From: Cladosporium halotolerans
Lineage: Eukaryota
DNA: 64,000 nucleotides
Reading direction: 5' to 3'
NCBI RefSeq assembly: GCF_011745625.1
Contig: NW_027191456.1
Coordinates: forward strand, 930,001-994,000
The translations under genes were made by a program, and so were the position numbers. The notes beneath the pieces were generated by a model, which made no database searches, was not told where the DNA came from, and saw only the letters and a list, made by a program, of their open reading frames with translations. The first letter of the stretch is position 1. Each line of letters begins with the position of its first letter. Shown one piece after another: positions 25,501 to 38,703 of this stretch.

Positions 25501-28500
25501 GGCCGTCAACGCTGACCTCGTCGCTGGCCTCGATGAGCTTGCCACCGAAGTACTCAACGACAGGGATCTTCTTCTCGTCACCAGCGTAGAGGTCCTTGGT
25601 GAGCATGGCAATGTGACCGTTGTGCACGCCGTCGAGGATCTCCTTGATGGGCTCATCGACCTTGGTGGAGTACTTGGCGGCCATCGGTCCCTGGAGAATG
25701 GCGACTCTGCCAACATCCTGGTCGACAACAGCCTCGAGGTCCTCAGACTGCCACAGGGAGTCCTTCTTGAAGAAGAACTCGAAGGTGTCGTCCAGGCAGG
25801 GGACGAAAGGCACGGGCTTCTGGCCGCGGCGCTGGCACAGGAGCAGGAAGTGCTGGCAGTCCTGAGCGTTGATGAGCTGGTCATCAGCCTCGGGGTAGGC
25901 CTCGAGAACCTTCTTGACAGTGGTGAAGGGCTCGTCGAGCTCGCTGTAGTTCTGGATGAGGGAAGGACCGTCAGCCTTGGCAAAGCGCTCCTCAATGCGA
26001 CGGATGAAGTCGCCGGTGAGCTTGGCCAAAGACTTGTCAATCCAGCGCTTCTGGTGCTTGACGAACATGAGGTCGACCATGCGGCGAACAACCTCACCGT
26101 AGGTCATGTCCTCAAGGTCGACGCACTCGCCGGCGCGGTTGCGGCCGAACCAAGGCTTCTGGAAGTCGTCGTTCAGCTTCTGGATGATGTACTCGCGCTG
26201 CTTCTTGAGCTCGGGAATACGCTTCGCCTTGTCAAGGCTGAAGATCTTCTGGTCCATCTCCGCCCAGAACTTGATACCGCGAGTGGCGATCTTGTGGATC
26301 GGCTCGCCCATCTCAGAGCGGACAGTGATGACACCACCGGCGGGGCCCTTGTAGGTCTTCTCCCACTCGTGGTCGTCGAGACCAGGGGCGTCGACGATGG
26401 CCTGCTTGGCCATCTTGGAGGTGTGCGCCTCCTTGGCGACCATGACACGGCTGCCGAAGAGGACACCGTCGAAGGGCATCGGGGGGTAGCCAAACTTCTG
26501 CGCCCAGGTACCAGTGAGGTAGGGGTAGGTGTCCTCGGAGCCACCGAAGCCGGAGCCGGCAAGGAGGACGAGGTTCGGGCAGCGCCTGATGCGAGTGTAC
26601 ATGGACAGAATCGGCTGGTGGAAGTCCTCGAAAGAGTGGTGACCACCACCGCGACCACCGGTCCACTGCATGATGACAGGGAAGTTGGGGTTCGCCTTGG
26701 CAATGTTGATGGTCTGCTGGATCGCCTCAGAGGAGCCGGGCTTGAAGCTGATGTGCTTGATGCCCAGAGTCTCAATGTACTCGTTGGCAACCTCAATCGA
26801 GGGCACACCGGCACCAATGGTAAGACCCTCAATCGGCACGCCCTCAGCACGCAGCCTGGCGATCATGGGGATCTGCCAGGCCATGGCCCTGGGTGCGACG
26901 TAGATCAAGTTGATGGTGATACCGCGACCAGCGGGAATCTCCTTCTCGATCTTGGCAATGGCCGCGGACATGGTCTTGTCGTTGTAGTATCCACCGCCAG
27001 CAAGCTCGATCTCGTAGCCAGCCTTCATGGTAGAAGCCACAAAGTCCCACGGCACGGTGCAAGGAGTCATACCTGCAACCATGACGGGAGGAAGACCCAG
27101 AAGTCTGCTCATCTTGGTGTCCACAAATGTCTGGCCGACAGATGTTCTCGCAAGCTTAGGTCCGTACTCTTTCACCCAGTCGACGGCGTACTTGACGGCG
27201 TGCTCGGCGTCGCGGTCGAAGATCTCAGGCTTGTAGCCGACCTCGGTGTTGGTGCCGTCCATGGTTCCCGCCAGAATCACACGAACACCGGTGCCGTCCT
27301 TGTTGCGGTTGGTAAGCACGCCGAGACCGGAAATGCCACCAGGGCCGAAGTCAAGGATGTGCGTGGCGTTGGGCATGACAGTAGCGACTTCCCAGTTGAC
27401 GGGATCCTTGCAGATCATGCGGATGAGGTCGGGAACAATGTTGCCACTGGTCTTCTCCCGGAGGTCCTCACCGGTGCAGGTGTCGAACACGGGGATGCCG
27501 AGCTCAGAAGAGGGGATAGAGACGGAGCTGAGGTCCTCCTGGAGGTGCTGGATGGCCTCTGCAAGGTAAGGGCTGTGGAAGGGAGCGGTGATGGGGAGGA
27601 AACGGTTCACGAAGCGAACCTTACGCTCGGTGAAGGGAATGCGAGTCTGATCGAGGCCAGTGGGAGCCTTGACCTTGCGAAGCTGGAGGTTCAGACCGTA
27701 GAGAGACATGGGAGGGCCGGTGACGACGAAGTTACGCGCGCTGTTCACCAGGGAGATACCAATGTGCCTGTCTTTCGGCAGGTGCTCGTTGGTCGTGTCA
27801 ATGTGCTTCTGGACTGCCTCCCGGGGAAGATCACGGATGGACAGCATAGGTGTGGGAGAGCCCTCGCCCTCGTCGATCGAGTCCTGCAGCACATTGGGGG
27901 CGAGAGAAGTGCGCGGGTAAGCCTGCTGGCTGCGAAGACCGATCCAGAAAAGGATGGTGAGCGCATCCCTCGAGGACTTGTCGAATGTCTCAAAGTTCTT
28001 CGAGGCGGCAATCGCAGCCGCGGTGACAACACCCTGCGAGTGACCGGTGGAACCGGAGAAACGCTCCCTGACGTGGCCGGGGTGCGTTCCCAGCACTCGG
28101 CACATGACGAGGTAGTGTGCGAGCTGGGTCAGACCGATGAGCGGGAAGCTGACGGGTGCGGAAACGAGGTACTCGGTGTCGGGCTGGGCGTCCTTGTTGT
28201 TCAACCAGCGCATGACATCCAGACCCTTGGGGTAAAGCTTCTCAGCCTTGGGGTCTCTGGCCAGCTGCTGGAGGTGCGCCGCAGCAGAGGTGATGAAGTC
28301 CTCGACGAGAGTCGGGTATGTGGTGTAAATCTCGCGCAGCTCGTCAAAGTACTCCTCGATGTTGCCCTGGCCGCCGAAGACGGCGTAGATGTAGGCATTC
28401 TCGTCCGCGGCCTCCCGCAGCAGAGCAGACTCGTGCGCCTTGATAGGGCGGCCGACCGCCGAGCGGGCGGCGTAGTAGGAGCGCGCGGTGATGAGCTTCT

Positions 28501-28882
28501 TCTCCACGATGCCGGGCAGGGTGGCGGCGATTGCGTGCACCTCGTTGCCGCGCAGGAAGGCGCGCTCGAACTCTTGTAGCAGTATCTTCAGGACCTCCTC
28601 GTACGAGCCGGGGTCGTCGCCCTCGTCGACCTCCTTGGCGGTGAAGCCGAGATATCTGGCGACCAGCTCGGTGACGGATGAGGGCTCGTCGTCCTGGGCG
28701 AGCTCGTCTGTGGGTTCGGGAAGGGTGGCAAGGAAGGCATCCTTGAGCTGGGTGGCGCTGAAATGAAGAGCAGTGGGTATTAAGAAGTTGTATTCGAGGG
28801 AGCCGTGGGTGAGGGTGAGCGGGCGCGAGACGGCCTGCGAGCGAGGCGTGGACACGCCGGTCTGGGCGCCGGAGCCGTACAT
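22546..28882 (-). CDS. FAS1: Fatty acid synthase subunit beta (AT-ER-DH-MPT)
   Basis: Start [66 protein letters not shown]; one coding intron 23655-23709. Confidence 0.97.
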
Positions 28883-30579
28883 TCTGCTGCTGGCCCTGCG
28901 GATGGCGTCCGGTCGCTGGGAGGAATTACTGAACTGGACGCTCATGGTCAGCGGACTGCAGCGGGCAATGCAATGGGAGGAGCAATTGAGAGCAGAGGTC
29001 AGGCGGCGGTCGGCGAAAGGAGCATGCTCGGCGGCGGGCGGCTGGAAGATTGGAAGTTCCCCGGGGCGAGGAAGCTGCAGCCTGCGAGGCTTTCCAGGTG
29101 TCTCGTGTGCCTGAGGAGCAGCTCGCGTTCCGCGTCCGGACTCGCTGGGGCTGGGAGAGCAGAGCGTACAGCTGGAGGGCCAATGGGTCGGGGACAAGTG
29201 GAATGGAGGGAGAGGCAGTCGCGGTGTCGGTGTTTGGGGGGGCAGATTTCGGCCGTAAGGCGTAAGGAGAGCAGCAGGCAGCACTTACGATTTACAGGCG
29301 TGCTCGCGGGCGGCAGGTCATGGGCGAGCTCTGGATTTTTCGCAGCTGGCCACGCTAGCGGGAAAGCTGCGGCGGAGAGGAGGGGGGAATGAGCGACGGC
29401 GGGCACGCGGCGGCGGAGGGTCGGGGGTGCGGCGTGTGTGCGGGTGTGCGAGTGAGGTTTGGTATAGGTAGAAAGTGGTAGACACGGAGAGGGAGGTGGT
29501 GCGGCGGAGGGCAGGACGAGGCAATGGGGTGGGACGCGGGTGCAGACGGACACTTAACACTCAGGCTGGCGGTGGTGCGTCGGGGCGCGGGCGCGGGCGC
29601 TGGGATGCTGGAGCCGTTGAAAGAGCTGGGTCGGTTGGTGAGGAAGCAGCCGCGTCCCTGCAGCAGGGCCAGCTGTGGGCCGGGCGGGAGTCGCTCGCTG
29701 CCTGCCGACGGTAGCGTGGCGCGTGGGCAGCAGTAGCGGCAGCCTCAGCAGCTCAGCACCTGCAGCGAGTCCTGGCCTCAGGCTGTTGAAGCTTGGGTTG
29801 GTCCCTCGCCCACCCGGCCAGCCAGCGCCGCAGCCCGCGCACCTCAGCGCCTCAGGCCCCAATGATCCCTCCTCGCCCGCCCAGCGCCCGCCGCTACCGC
29901 CCGCCGGACCACTCGAGCCAGCCTAACCACTGCTCTAACCACTGCCGGCTCTGCCTCTAGTTTTTCAAGGAGTCGCCGCCGTGTAGGGCACTCGCTGCCA
30001 ATTTACCACTTCACTGCACTCCATGATTGCACCGCCGCAGCTGCACAATATCACGGTAGCGCATGCACGTCAGGCTGTACGCGCCGCATTGAACCCTCCC
30101 CGCCGTCCCAACCTCCCTGCTTATCGTCAGCCTGCATCTCGCCTGCATACACCTCCCAGGATTTCCACCGCTCTCCGCAAACGCAAATCGTGCACGGCCC
30201 ACCATCGCACCTTGAGCTTCACTCCCAACAGCGTCGCGAGCGTCTCATCCGGTTGCACCCTGGCGCCTTGTACACACGACCACACCTGGCCTGATCATTA
30301 TCGCCCCGTCCGCCCGCCTCCTCCTTGCCCTCTCTCTCTCTTCCTCCAACTCCAATCCCCTCCCGCACCACCGCAATCCGCCCCGTGAGCTGCTCGGTCG
30401 AGGCTGCCTCGGGCAAATTTTCCACCCACTCCTACCACTCCACCTCCGTCTCGACCGCCGAACCCTCCCACCACCACCCACGGGCACCACCTTGATTCTC
30501 GCCAGCGAGTCGCCCGGCTCGTCAATTCGCTCTTTTACACTCTACATCCGCCTCTTAATACCCCTCCGCACCCGCCATC
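28883..30579. promoter_or_regulatory. Bidirectional FAS1/FAS2 promoter and 5' UTRs (GC-rich; FAS1 5'-UTR intron about 28934-29288)
   Basis: Head-to-head FAS genes; minus-strand GTAAGT at 29288, GCTGAC branch point and CAG acceptor at 28934. Confidence 0.7.
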
Positions 30580-33500
30580 ATGCGTCCCGAAGTCGAGCAG
30601 GAGCTCGCCCACACCCTGCTCGTCGAGCTGCTGGCATACCAATTCGCCTCGCCCGTAAGATGGATTGAGACCCAGGATGTCATCCTCGGCGAGAAGACCA
30701 CCGAGCGCATTGTCGAGGTCGGTCCCGCGGACACCCTCGGTGTCATGGCCAAGCGCACCCTGGCCGCCAAATACGAAGCCTACGATGCTGCCCGCTCCGT
30801 CCAGCGCCAGGTTCTCTGCTACAAGAAGGATGGCCCTGATATCTACTACGACGTCGAGCCCATTGAGGACGAGCCTGCTCCCGCCGCCGCGTCCAGCAGT
30901 TCTGCTGCACCCGCTGCTGCTGGTGCTCCCGCCGCCGCGCCTGCTGCCGCTGCGGCGCCTCCGCCTCCCAGCGCTGGCCCTGCGGCCGCCGTTGAGGATG
31001 CTCCTGTCGGCGCTGTCGACATCCTGCGAACACTCGTTGCTCAGAAGCTCAAGAAGCCCTTGACTGACATCCCTCTGAGCAAAGCGATCAAGGACTTGGT
31101 TGGAGGTACGTTCTTGCACAAATGAGATTGTTTCATTTCCTCACTAACACCACGTACAGGCAAGTCCACCCTCCAGAACGAAATCCTCGGTGACCTTGGA
31201 AAAGAGTTTGGATCCACACCTGAAAAGCCCGAAGACACTCCTCTTGACGAGCTGGGAGCGTCCATGCAGACCACCTTCAATGGCCAGCTCGGCAAGCAAT
31301 CCACATCTCTCATCGCCCGCATGGTATCATCAAAGATGCCTGGTGGCTTCAACATCACCGCTGTGCGGAAACACTTGGAGACAAGATGGGGCCTCGGCTC
31401 TGGCAGACAGGACGGCGTCCTGCTGCTTGCTCTGACCATGGAGCCTGCGGCTCGTCTTGGTTCGGAGAACGACGGCAAGGCCTGGTTGGACGATGTTACA
31501 CAGAAGTACGCCTCGGCTGCTGGCATCAGCCTGTCCAGCGGTCCCGCGGCCGGAGACGGCGGCGCGGGCGGCGGCGGCATGATGATGGACCCCGCCGCCA
31601 TCGAGGCCCTCACAAAGGACCAGAAGGCGCTTTTCAAGCAGCAGCTCGAGCTGTTCGCTCGCTACCTGAAGATGGACCTCAGGGCCGGTGACAAGGCTGC
31701 CGTCGCTGGCAAGGAAAACCAGGCCGCTCTGCAGGCGCAGCTCGACCTTTGGAACACCGAGCACGGAGAGTTCTACGCTGCCGGCATTGAGCCCTCATTC
31801 AGCGCGCTCAAGACCCGCGTCTACGACTCCTCCTGGAATTGGGCTCGCCAGGACGCCCTCACCATGTACTACGACATTATCTTCGGCCGCCTGAAGGCTG
31901 TCGACCGTGAGATTGTCAGCCGCTGCATTCTCATCATGAACCGCGCCAACCCCACCCTGCTTGATTTCATGCAGTACCACATCGACCACTGCCCGACCGA
32001 GCGTGGCGAGACCTACAAGCTCGCCAAGGAGCTCGGCGAGCAGCTCATCGACAACTGCAGAGACGTCCTCGACGAGGCGCCTGTCTACAAGGATGTCGCT
32101 GTTCCCACCGCTCCCCAGCTCAAGGTTGACGCCCGCGGCAACATGAACTACGAGGAGGTCCCTCGCGCCAGTGTTCGCAAGCTCGAGCACTACGTGCGTG
32201 AGATGGCCGAGGGAGGCAAGATCTCCGAGTATGGTAACCGCACCAAGGTCCAGAACGACCTCCAGCGCGTCTACAAGCTCATCCGCCAGCAGCACGGCGT
32301 CTCCAAGTCTGCGCAGCTTGAGATCAAGCAGCTCTACAGCAACATCGTTCGCTCTCTCGGCATGAACGAGGGTCAGATCATGCCGGCCGAGAGCGGCAAG
32401 TCCAATGGTGCTCTCAAGAACACCCGCACTGCTCGTGCTCAGGGCCCGACCAAGCAGGGCAAGATCGAGACCGTGCCCTTCCTCCACCTCAAGCGTAAGG
32501 ATGAGCACGGCTGGGAGTACAGCAAGAGGCTGACTGGCGTCTACCTCGATGGTCTTGAGGAGGCCGCTAGGGCCGGTGTCACCTTCCAGGGCAAGAACGT
32601 GCTCATGACTGGTGCTGGTGCCGGTTCCATTGGTGCTGAAGTCCTCCAGGGCCTCATCAGCGGTGGTGCCAAGGTCGTCGTTACCACCTCCCGCTTCTCT
32701 CGTTCCGTCACCGAGTACTACCAGTCCATGTACACCCGCTACGGTGCTCGTGGCTCTCAGCTGGTCGTCGCTCCCTTCAACCAGGGTAGCCAGCAGGACA
32801 CCAACGCTCTTGTTGAGTGGATCTACGACGAGAAGAAGGGTCTTGGCTGGGACCTCGACTTCATTGTCCCCTTCGCTGCCATCCCCGAGAACGGCCGCGA
32901 GATCGACAACATCGACAGCAAGTCTGAGCTCGCTCACCGTATCATGCTCACCAACCTCCTCCGCATGCTCGGTAATGTCAAGACCCAGAAGGCTGCCCGC
33001 AACTTCGACACCAGGCCTGCCCAGGTCATCCTGCCGCTTTCTCCCAACCACGGTACCTTCGGTAACGACGGTCTCTACTCCGAGTCCAAGCTCGCTCTCG
33101 AGACGCTGTTCAACCGCTGGCACTCCGAGAACTGGGGCAACTTCCTCACCATCTGCGGTGCTGTCATCGGCTGGACCCGTGGCACTGGTCTCATGGGTGG
33201 CAACAACATTGTTGCCGAGGGCGTTGAGAAGTACGGTGTGCGCACCTTCTCTCAGCAGGAGATGGCTTTCAACCTGCTCGGCCTGATGGCTCCGTCCATC
33301 GTCAACCTCTGCCAGCAGGAGCCTGTCTTCGCTGACCTCAACGGTGGTCTGCAGTTCCTGCCCAACCTCAAGGAGCTGATGACCAAGCTCCGCAAGGACA
33401 TCACCGAGACCTCCGAGATCCGCCGCGCCGTCACTCGCGAGACTGCGGTCGAGAACAAGATCGTCAACGGCGAGGCCAGCGAGGCTCTCTACAAGACTGT

Positions 33501-36270
33501 CAACGTCAACCAGCGCGCCAACATGAAGTTCGACTTCCCCAAGCTTCCCGACTGGAAGTCTGAGGTCGAGCCGATCAACTCGGACCTCAAGGGCATGGTC
33601 GACCTCGAGAAGGTCGTCGTCGTCACTGGTTTCGCCGAGGTTGGCCCCTGGGGTAACTCCAGGACCCGCTGGGAGATGGAAGCCTACGGCGAGTTCTCTC
33701 TCGAGGGCTGCGTCGAGATGGCTTGGATGATGGGTCTCATCAAGAACCACAATGGTCCCCTCAAGGGCCAGAGCTACTCTGGCTGGGTCGACGCCAAGAC
33801 CAACGAGCCCGTCGACGACAAGGACGTCAAGCCCAAGTACGAGAAGCACATCCTCGAGCACTCCGGTATTCGTCTCATCGAGCCTGAGCTGTTCAACGGC
33901 TACGACCCGAACAAGAAGGAGCTGCTGCAGGAGATCCAGACTCAGGAGGACCTCGAGCCCTTCGAGGCGTCCAAGGAGACTGCTGAGGAGTTCAAGCGTC
34001 AGCACGGCGACAAGGTCGAGATCTTCGAGCTTGAGTCCGGCGAGTTCTCCGTGCGTCTTCTCAAGAACGCCACGCTCCTCATCCCCAAGGCTCTCCGCTT
34101 CGACCGTCTCGTCGCTGGCCAGATTCCCACTGGCTGGAACGCCAAGCTCTACGGTATCCCCGACGACATCATTTCTCAGGTCGACCCGGTCACCCTCTAC
34201 GTCCTCGTCTCCACTGTCGAGGCTCTCCTGTCCTCTGGTATCACCGACCCGTACGAGTTCTACAAGTACGTGCACATCTCCGAGGTCGGTAACTGCATTG
34301 GTTCCGGTATTGGCGGTACCAGCGCTCTGCGCGGCATGTACAAGGATCGCTACCTCGACAAGCCTCTGCAGAAGGACATCCTGCAGGAGTCTTTCATCAA
34401 CACTATGAGTGCTTGGATCAACATGTTGCTCATGTCCTCCACCGGTCCCATCCGCACCCCGGTCGGTGCCTGCGCCACTGCCGTCGAGTCCATCGACATC
34501 GGTTACGACTGCATTGTCGAGGGCAAGGCCCGCATGTGCTTCGTTGGTGGTTTCGATGACTTCCAGGAGGAGGGTTCCTACGAGTTCGCCAACATGAAGG
34601 CCACCAGCAACGCCGAGGACGAGTTCGCCCACGGCCGCACCCCGGCTGAGATGTCTCGTCCCACCACCACCACCCGTAACGGCTTCATGGAGTCCCAGGG
34701 TTGCGGTATGCAGGTCATCATGGACGCCAAGCTCGCGCTCGACATGGGTGTCCCGATCTACGGTATCCTTGGCCTCACCGCCACTGCCACCGACAAGATC
34801 GGCCGCTCCGTCCCTGCTCCGGGCCAGGGTGTGCTCACCACTGCTCGTGAGACCCCGGGCAAATTCCCCTCGCCTCTTCTCGACATCAAGTACCGCAAGA
34901 GGCAGATGGATCTCCGCCGCAAGCACATCAAGAACTGGCAGGAGTCCGAGCTGATGTACCTGCAGGAGGAGGTTGCCGCAATGAAGCAGCAGGGCGGCAC
35001 CTTCGACGAGACCGAGTACATGGAGGACCGCGCCGCTCACATCGAGCGCGAGGCCAGACGCCAGGAGAAGGACGCCCTGTACAGCCTGGGCAACAACTTC
35101 TGGAAGTCCGACCCCAAGATCGCTCCTCTGCGCGGCGCCCTCGCTACCTGGGGCCTGACCATCGACGACCTGAACGTCGCCTCCTTCCACGGCACCTCCA
35201 CCGTCGCCAACGACAAGAACGAGTCCGACGTGCTCTGCCAGCAGATGAACCACCTCGGCCGCCAGAAGGGCAACGCGCTCATGGGCATCTTCCAGAAGTA
35301 CCTCACCGGCCACCCCAAGGGTGCCGCCGGCGCGTTCATGTTCAACGGCGCCCTGCAGGTCCTCAACAGCGGCCTCGTCCCCGGCAACCGCAACGCCGAC
35401 AACGTCGACAAGGTCATGGAGAAGTTCGACTACATCGTCTACCCCAACCAGGCCATCCAGACGGACGGCATCAAGGCCTTCTCCGTCACCTCCTTCGGCT
35501 TCGGCCAGAAGGGCGCCCAGGCCATCGGCATCCATCCGCGCTACCTCTTCGCCACCCTCGACGCCGCCCAGTTCAACGCCTACAAGACCAAGGTCGAGGC
35601 CCGCCAGAAGAAGGCCTACCGCTACTACCACGACGGCCTGATCAACAACAACATCTTCCGCGCCAAGGACAAGTCGCCCTACGAGGACGCGCAGCAGTCC
35701 GCCGTCTTCCTCAACCCAGACGCCCGCGTCGCCCTCGACAAGAAGTCCGCCGGCCTCATGTACCCCAAGAAGGCCCCCGCCAAGCCCCAAGACAAGAGCA
35801 CCACCGAGATGGTCGAGTCGCTCATGAAGGTCAACGCCTCCGCCAATTCTAACCCCGGCGTCGACATCGAGAGCATCGACGCCCTCGACATCCACAACGA
35901 TACTTTCGTCGAGCGCAACTTCACCCCGCAGGAGATCGCTTACTGCCGCGCCCAGCCCAGCCCGCAGGCCTCTTTCACGGGCCGCTGGAGCGCCAAGGAG
36001 GCCGTTTTCAAGAGCTTGAAGGTCGAGGGCAAGGGTGCGGGCGCGCCGCTGAGGGAGATCGAGATCGTGAACGCCGAGACGGGGGCGCCGACTGTTGTGG
36101 TGAGTTCATCGTGTTGACTATGAGGTGTTATGGGATGTTTGCTAATATCGTCTTTACAGCTCCACGGCGACGCCAAAGCTGCCGCTGCTAAGGCTGGCGT
36201 CAAGGATACCACGGTCAGCATCTCGCACAGCGACGCGCAGGTCATCGCTGTTGCTATCTCGTCGTTCTAG
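30580..36270 (+). CDS. FAS2: Fatty acid synthase subunit alpha (ACP-KR-KS-PPT)
   Basis: [77 protein letters not shown]; introns near 31106-31159 and 36100-36159; stop 36268-36270. Confidence 0.97.
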
Positions 36271-37107
36271 ACGGGTCGTTGCGCTGGCGTGTGCTTCGTG
36301 AAGAGGATAGAGGGAGAGACGAGGAGGAGAGGAGTGTGTACTTTTTTGATGATATCCACCGTTAGAGGAGGGGGCGCATAGCAGAGTAGAGTAGAGCAGA
36401 GCAGAGGTGCATTTTGGGACGAAGGACGAGGGTTGTCTATAACGATATATGTGTGTTTTTAATTGTTGTTGCTTGGGGGGGCGTACGGGATGTTAAGGTA
36501 GATATATCATGGCTAACTGTATGATTGGCATTTTGTAGATTCGTTCTGTGCTTTGCTTTGCTTTTCTTTTCTTTCGATGAATATCAGTGCTCCTACGGGA
36601 CTCTGTGATTGCTGGTGGTGAACACGTAGGCTTCGCGTAGATGTACTATCTATCCATTTCAGTATTTGATCTCTTTTGACGGGCGAGTGAATGCTGGCTG
36701 CTTTGGACCTCGACGAATGACAGTGAGGGAGGCTCAGACGTTGTGTATTCATGCTTTCCTCATTGATTGCTACGAAAATTCGTGAATGGAGTAATAAAAA
36801 GCAGAAGACGACAGGAATAATCTCTCGCTCGTGTGTCGATTCGCTGAGCCTTTCCTGGCCCTCCCATCCCATGTGATGTACCGCCGTCCCAGCCGTGCCC
36901 CTTATCCTGTAAGTACCATTTCCCACCGACAAAAGTAGATCTCGTCTGAGCCGTGGCTTGAAACCGAAAGAACCCTCCAGCCCCAATCCAAGACAACGCC
37001 GTCGCCGCAAAGATTCATTTCCCATGCTTGCTTGCTTGCTCTGAGATCCCCGAAAATAGAAACCCCGCCCTCCCCCACAACTCCAGCCCAACATCACCCT
37101 CTCCCCC

Positions 37108-38703
37108 TCAATTGTAAATCAGCCTCCTCCTCGGACTCCCCTGCCCATCCCCAATCTCAAACCCGCGACTCGGCGCCGGCTCCAGCGCCGGCTTCCCATG
37201 CCACGGCGTGCCCCCGTACGCACCCGGCCCCTCCGCCGCCATCCCGCTGAACGATCGCTGCGGCGTCGGCGGCGGCGGGCCCGGAGCCCAGAAGTGCTGC
37301 GCGGCGGCCTGCTGGTGCTGCTGCTCCATGGCCTTGTTGCGCAGCACGCCGAAGGCGAAGTTCGACGTCGCGAAGCACCCGAAGATCAGCAGCGCCGTGA
37401 ACAGCATCGCCTTGTAGCTGATGGGCTCGACGAAGGAGTTGAAGATCTCCGCGAAGGTGTGCGCGGAGACTTTGGCGCGCGCGATTTTCATCGGGTCCTG
37501 GCCCATCAGCTTGGCCCAAGCGTCGCATTGGACTTTGAGCGCGGGCGCGCGCGTGGCGGAGGCGCAGCCGTTGATGCGGAAGTTTTCGGTCGCGTCCGCG
37601 ATGTTGGCGATTATGTCGGCGCTGAGGTCCCAGGCTTTCTTGTTGATGTCGTCTTGGATTGCGGTCCAGAAGCAGTAGATCATGTAGGCGCAGGCGCCGA
37701 GGAGGAAGGTGTTGAAGGCGAGCTGGGCGTAGAATGTGAGGATGTGGGGGACGGTGGGGTGGGCGCCGATGAATGTGAAGAGGGAGGACATCCAGTGGGG
37801 TTCTTTCGCGGCTGGTTGGGGTGTTTGAGGGGGTTCTGATGTGTGCTGGTGGTTGTGGCTGTTGTAGTTTGCGCTGCGTTTGCGCGGGCTGACTGTTCGT
37901 GAGGGGGCGATGACAAGCTCAGAGTCGTCGTTTTCAGCTTCCGATCCAGAGCCCGACATACTATATCGTGCCTGGATCGCGAGTTGTCGCTGTGCCTCTC
38001 TGCTTCTTTGCCTCCGTATGCGCTTCTCTTTGCTCTGAACAATGTCGCCTCTAGGAATCTCGCCACGTCCCGGGCTGTAGATCTGTTTCTTGAATCTCCC
38101 AAAAAAGCTCTCCTTCTTGCTTGGAGGGCTTGGCCGCCGTTCTCTCCTCTCTCGCTCCCTCTCTTTCGGTCGATCTCCCCGCTCTCTTTCCCTCTCTTTG
38201 CTTGGGCTCATTGATAAGCTTGACACGGTCGGAATGACCGGCGCACTCCTTGTATCAAGACCACCCAACCTCTTCCTTTCCAACGCTAACCGCTCCGCTG
38301 GCGTTCCCACCTCACTGTCGTCCTGCCTCTCCGGGCTCTTCGGCGTCTCTCCCGCACTCGAGTCCTCCATCGTAACATCCTGCGTCGTCTTCCTGGGCGT
38401 CGCAAATAACGAATTGAAAGCCGGCACGGGCGGCAAAGGCTTGGTAGGCGAAGTAGTCCTGCTGGCACCTGCTCGCGTGGGCGAGTCGAAAGCGTTCATA
38501 TCTCCTTTGGGTGATCCGTCAGTCCTCTGGTCTCCTTTCGATCTCTGCCAAAGCGGAAACACACTCTTTCTGCCCGCGCCGGGCGTTGCTGGGAAGCGCT
38601 GCGAGTTCATGCTGACCGCTGCAAAAGGGCTTCGTGCGTCGAGCGGGCCGGTGCCGTTCTGGTACTCGAAGTCCATGGGACTCTCGTGGTACCGCTTCGA
38701 CAT
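37108..38703 (-). CDS. BRL1: Nuclear envelope protein Brr6/Brl1 family
   Basis: Low-complexity N-terminus with ESPMDFE, two TM helices flanking the lumenal C..RAPAL...C..W..M..DP segment, AKVSAHTFAEIFNSFVEPISYKAM; in-frame intron 38505-38564. Confidence 0.88.
   Translation of the reverse strand: MSKRYHESPMDFEYQNGTGPLDARSPFAAVSMNSQRFPATPGAGRKSVFPLWQRSKGDQRTDGSPKGDMNAFDSPTRAGASRTTSPTKPLPPVPAFNSLFATPRKTTQDVTMEDSSAGETPKSPERQDDSEVGTPAERLALERKRLGGLDTRSAPVIPTVSSLSMSPSKERERERGDRPKERERERRERRPSPPSKKESFFGRFKKQIYSPGRGEIPRGDIVQSKEKRIRRQRSREAQRQLAIQARYSMSGSGSEAENDDSELVIAPSRTVSPRKRSANYNSHNHQHTSEPPQTPQPAAKEPHWMSSLFTFIGAHPTVPHILTFYAQLAFNTFLLGACAYMIYCFWTAIQDDINKKAWDLSADIIANIADATENFRINGCASATRAPALKVQCDAWAKLMGQDPMKIARAKVSAHTFAEIFNSFVEPISYKAMLFTALLIFGCFATSNFAFGVLRNKAMEQQHQQAAAQHFWAPGPPPPTPQRSFSGMAAEGPGAYGGTPWHGKPALEPAPSRGFEIGDGQGSPRRRLIYN

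Noticed and set aside
22441..35895. Very long antisense ORFs over FAS1/FAS2 (e.g. 25613-28579 +, 31795-35895 -)
   Set aside because: Expected shadow of extreme C/G-ending codon bias, which removes stops on the opposite strand; translations are not protein-like.
22546..36270. FAS alpha/beta pair as a secondary-metabolite cluster
   Set aside because: Strong codon bias, canonical sequences and housekeeping neighbours, with no PKS, NRPS or tailoring genes. Head-to-head primary FAS genes are the norm in filamentous ascomycetes.
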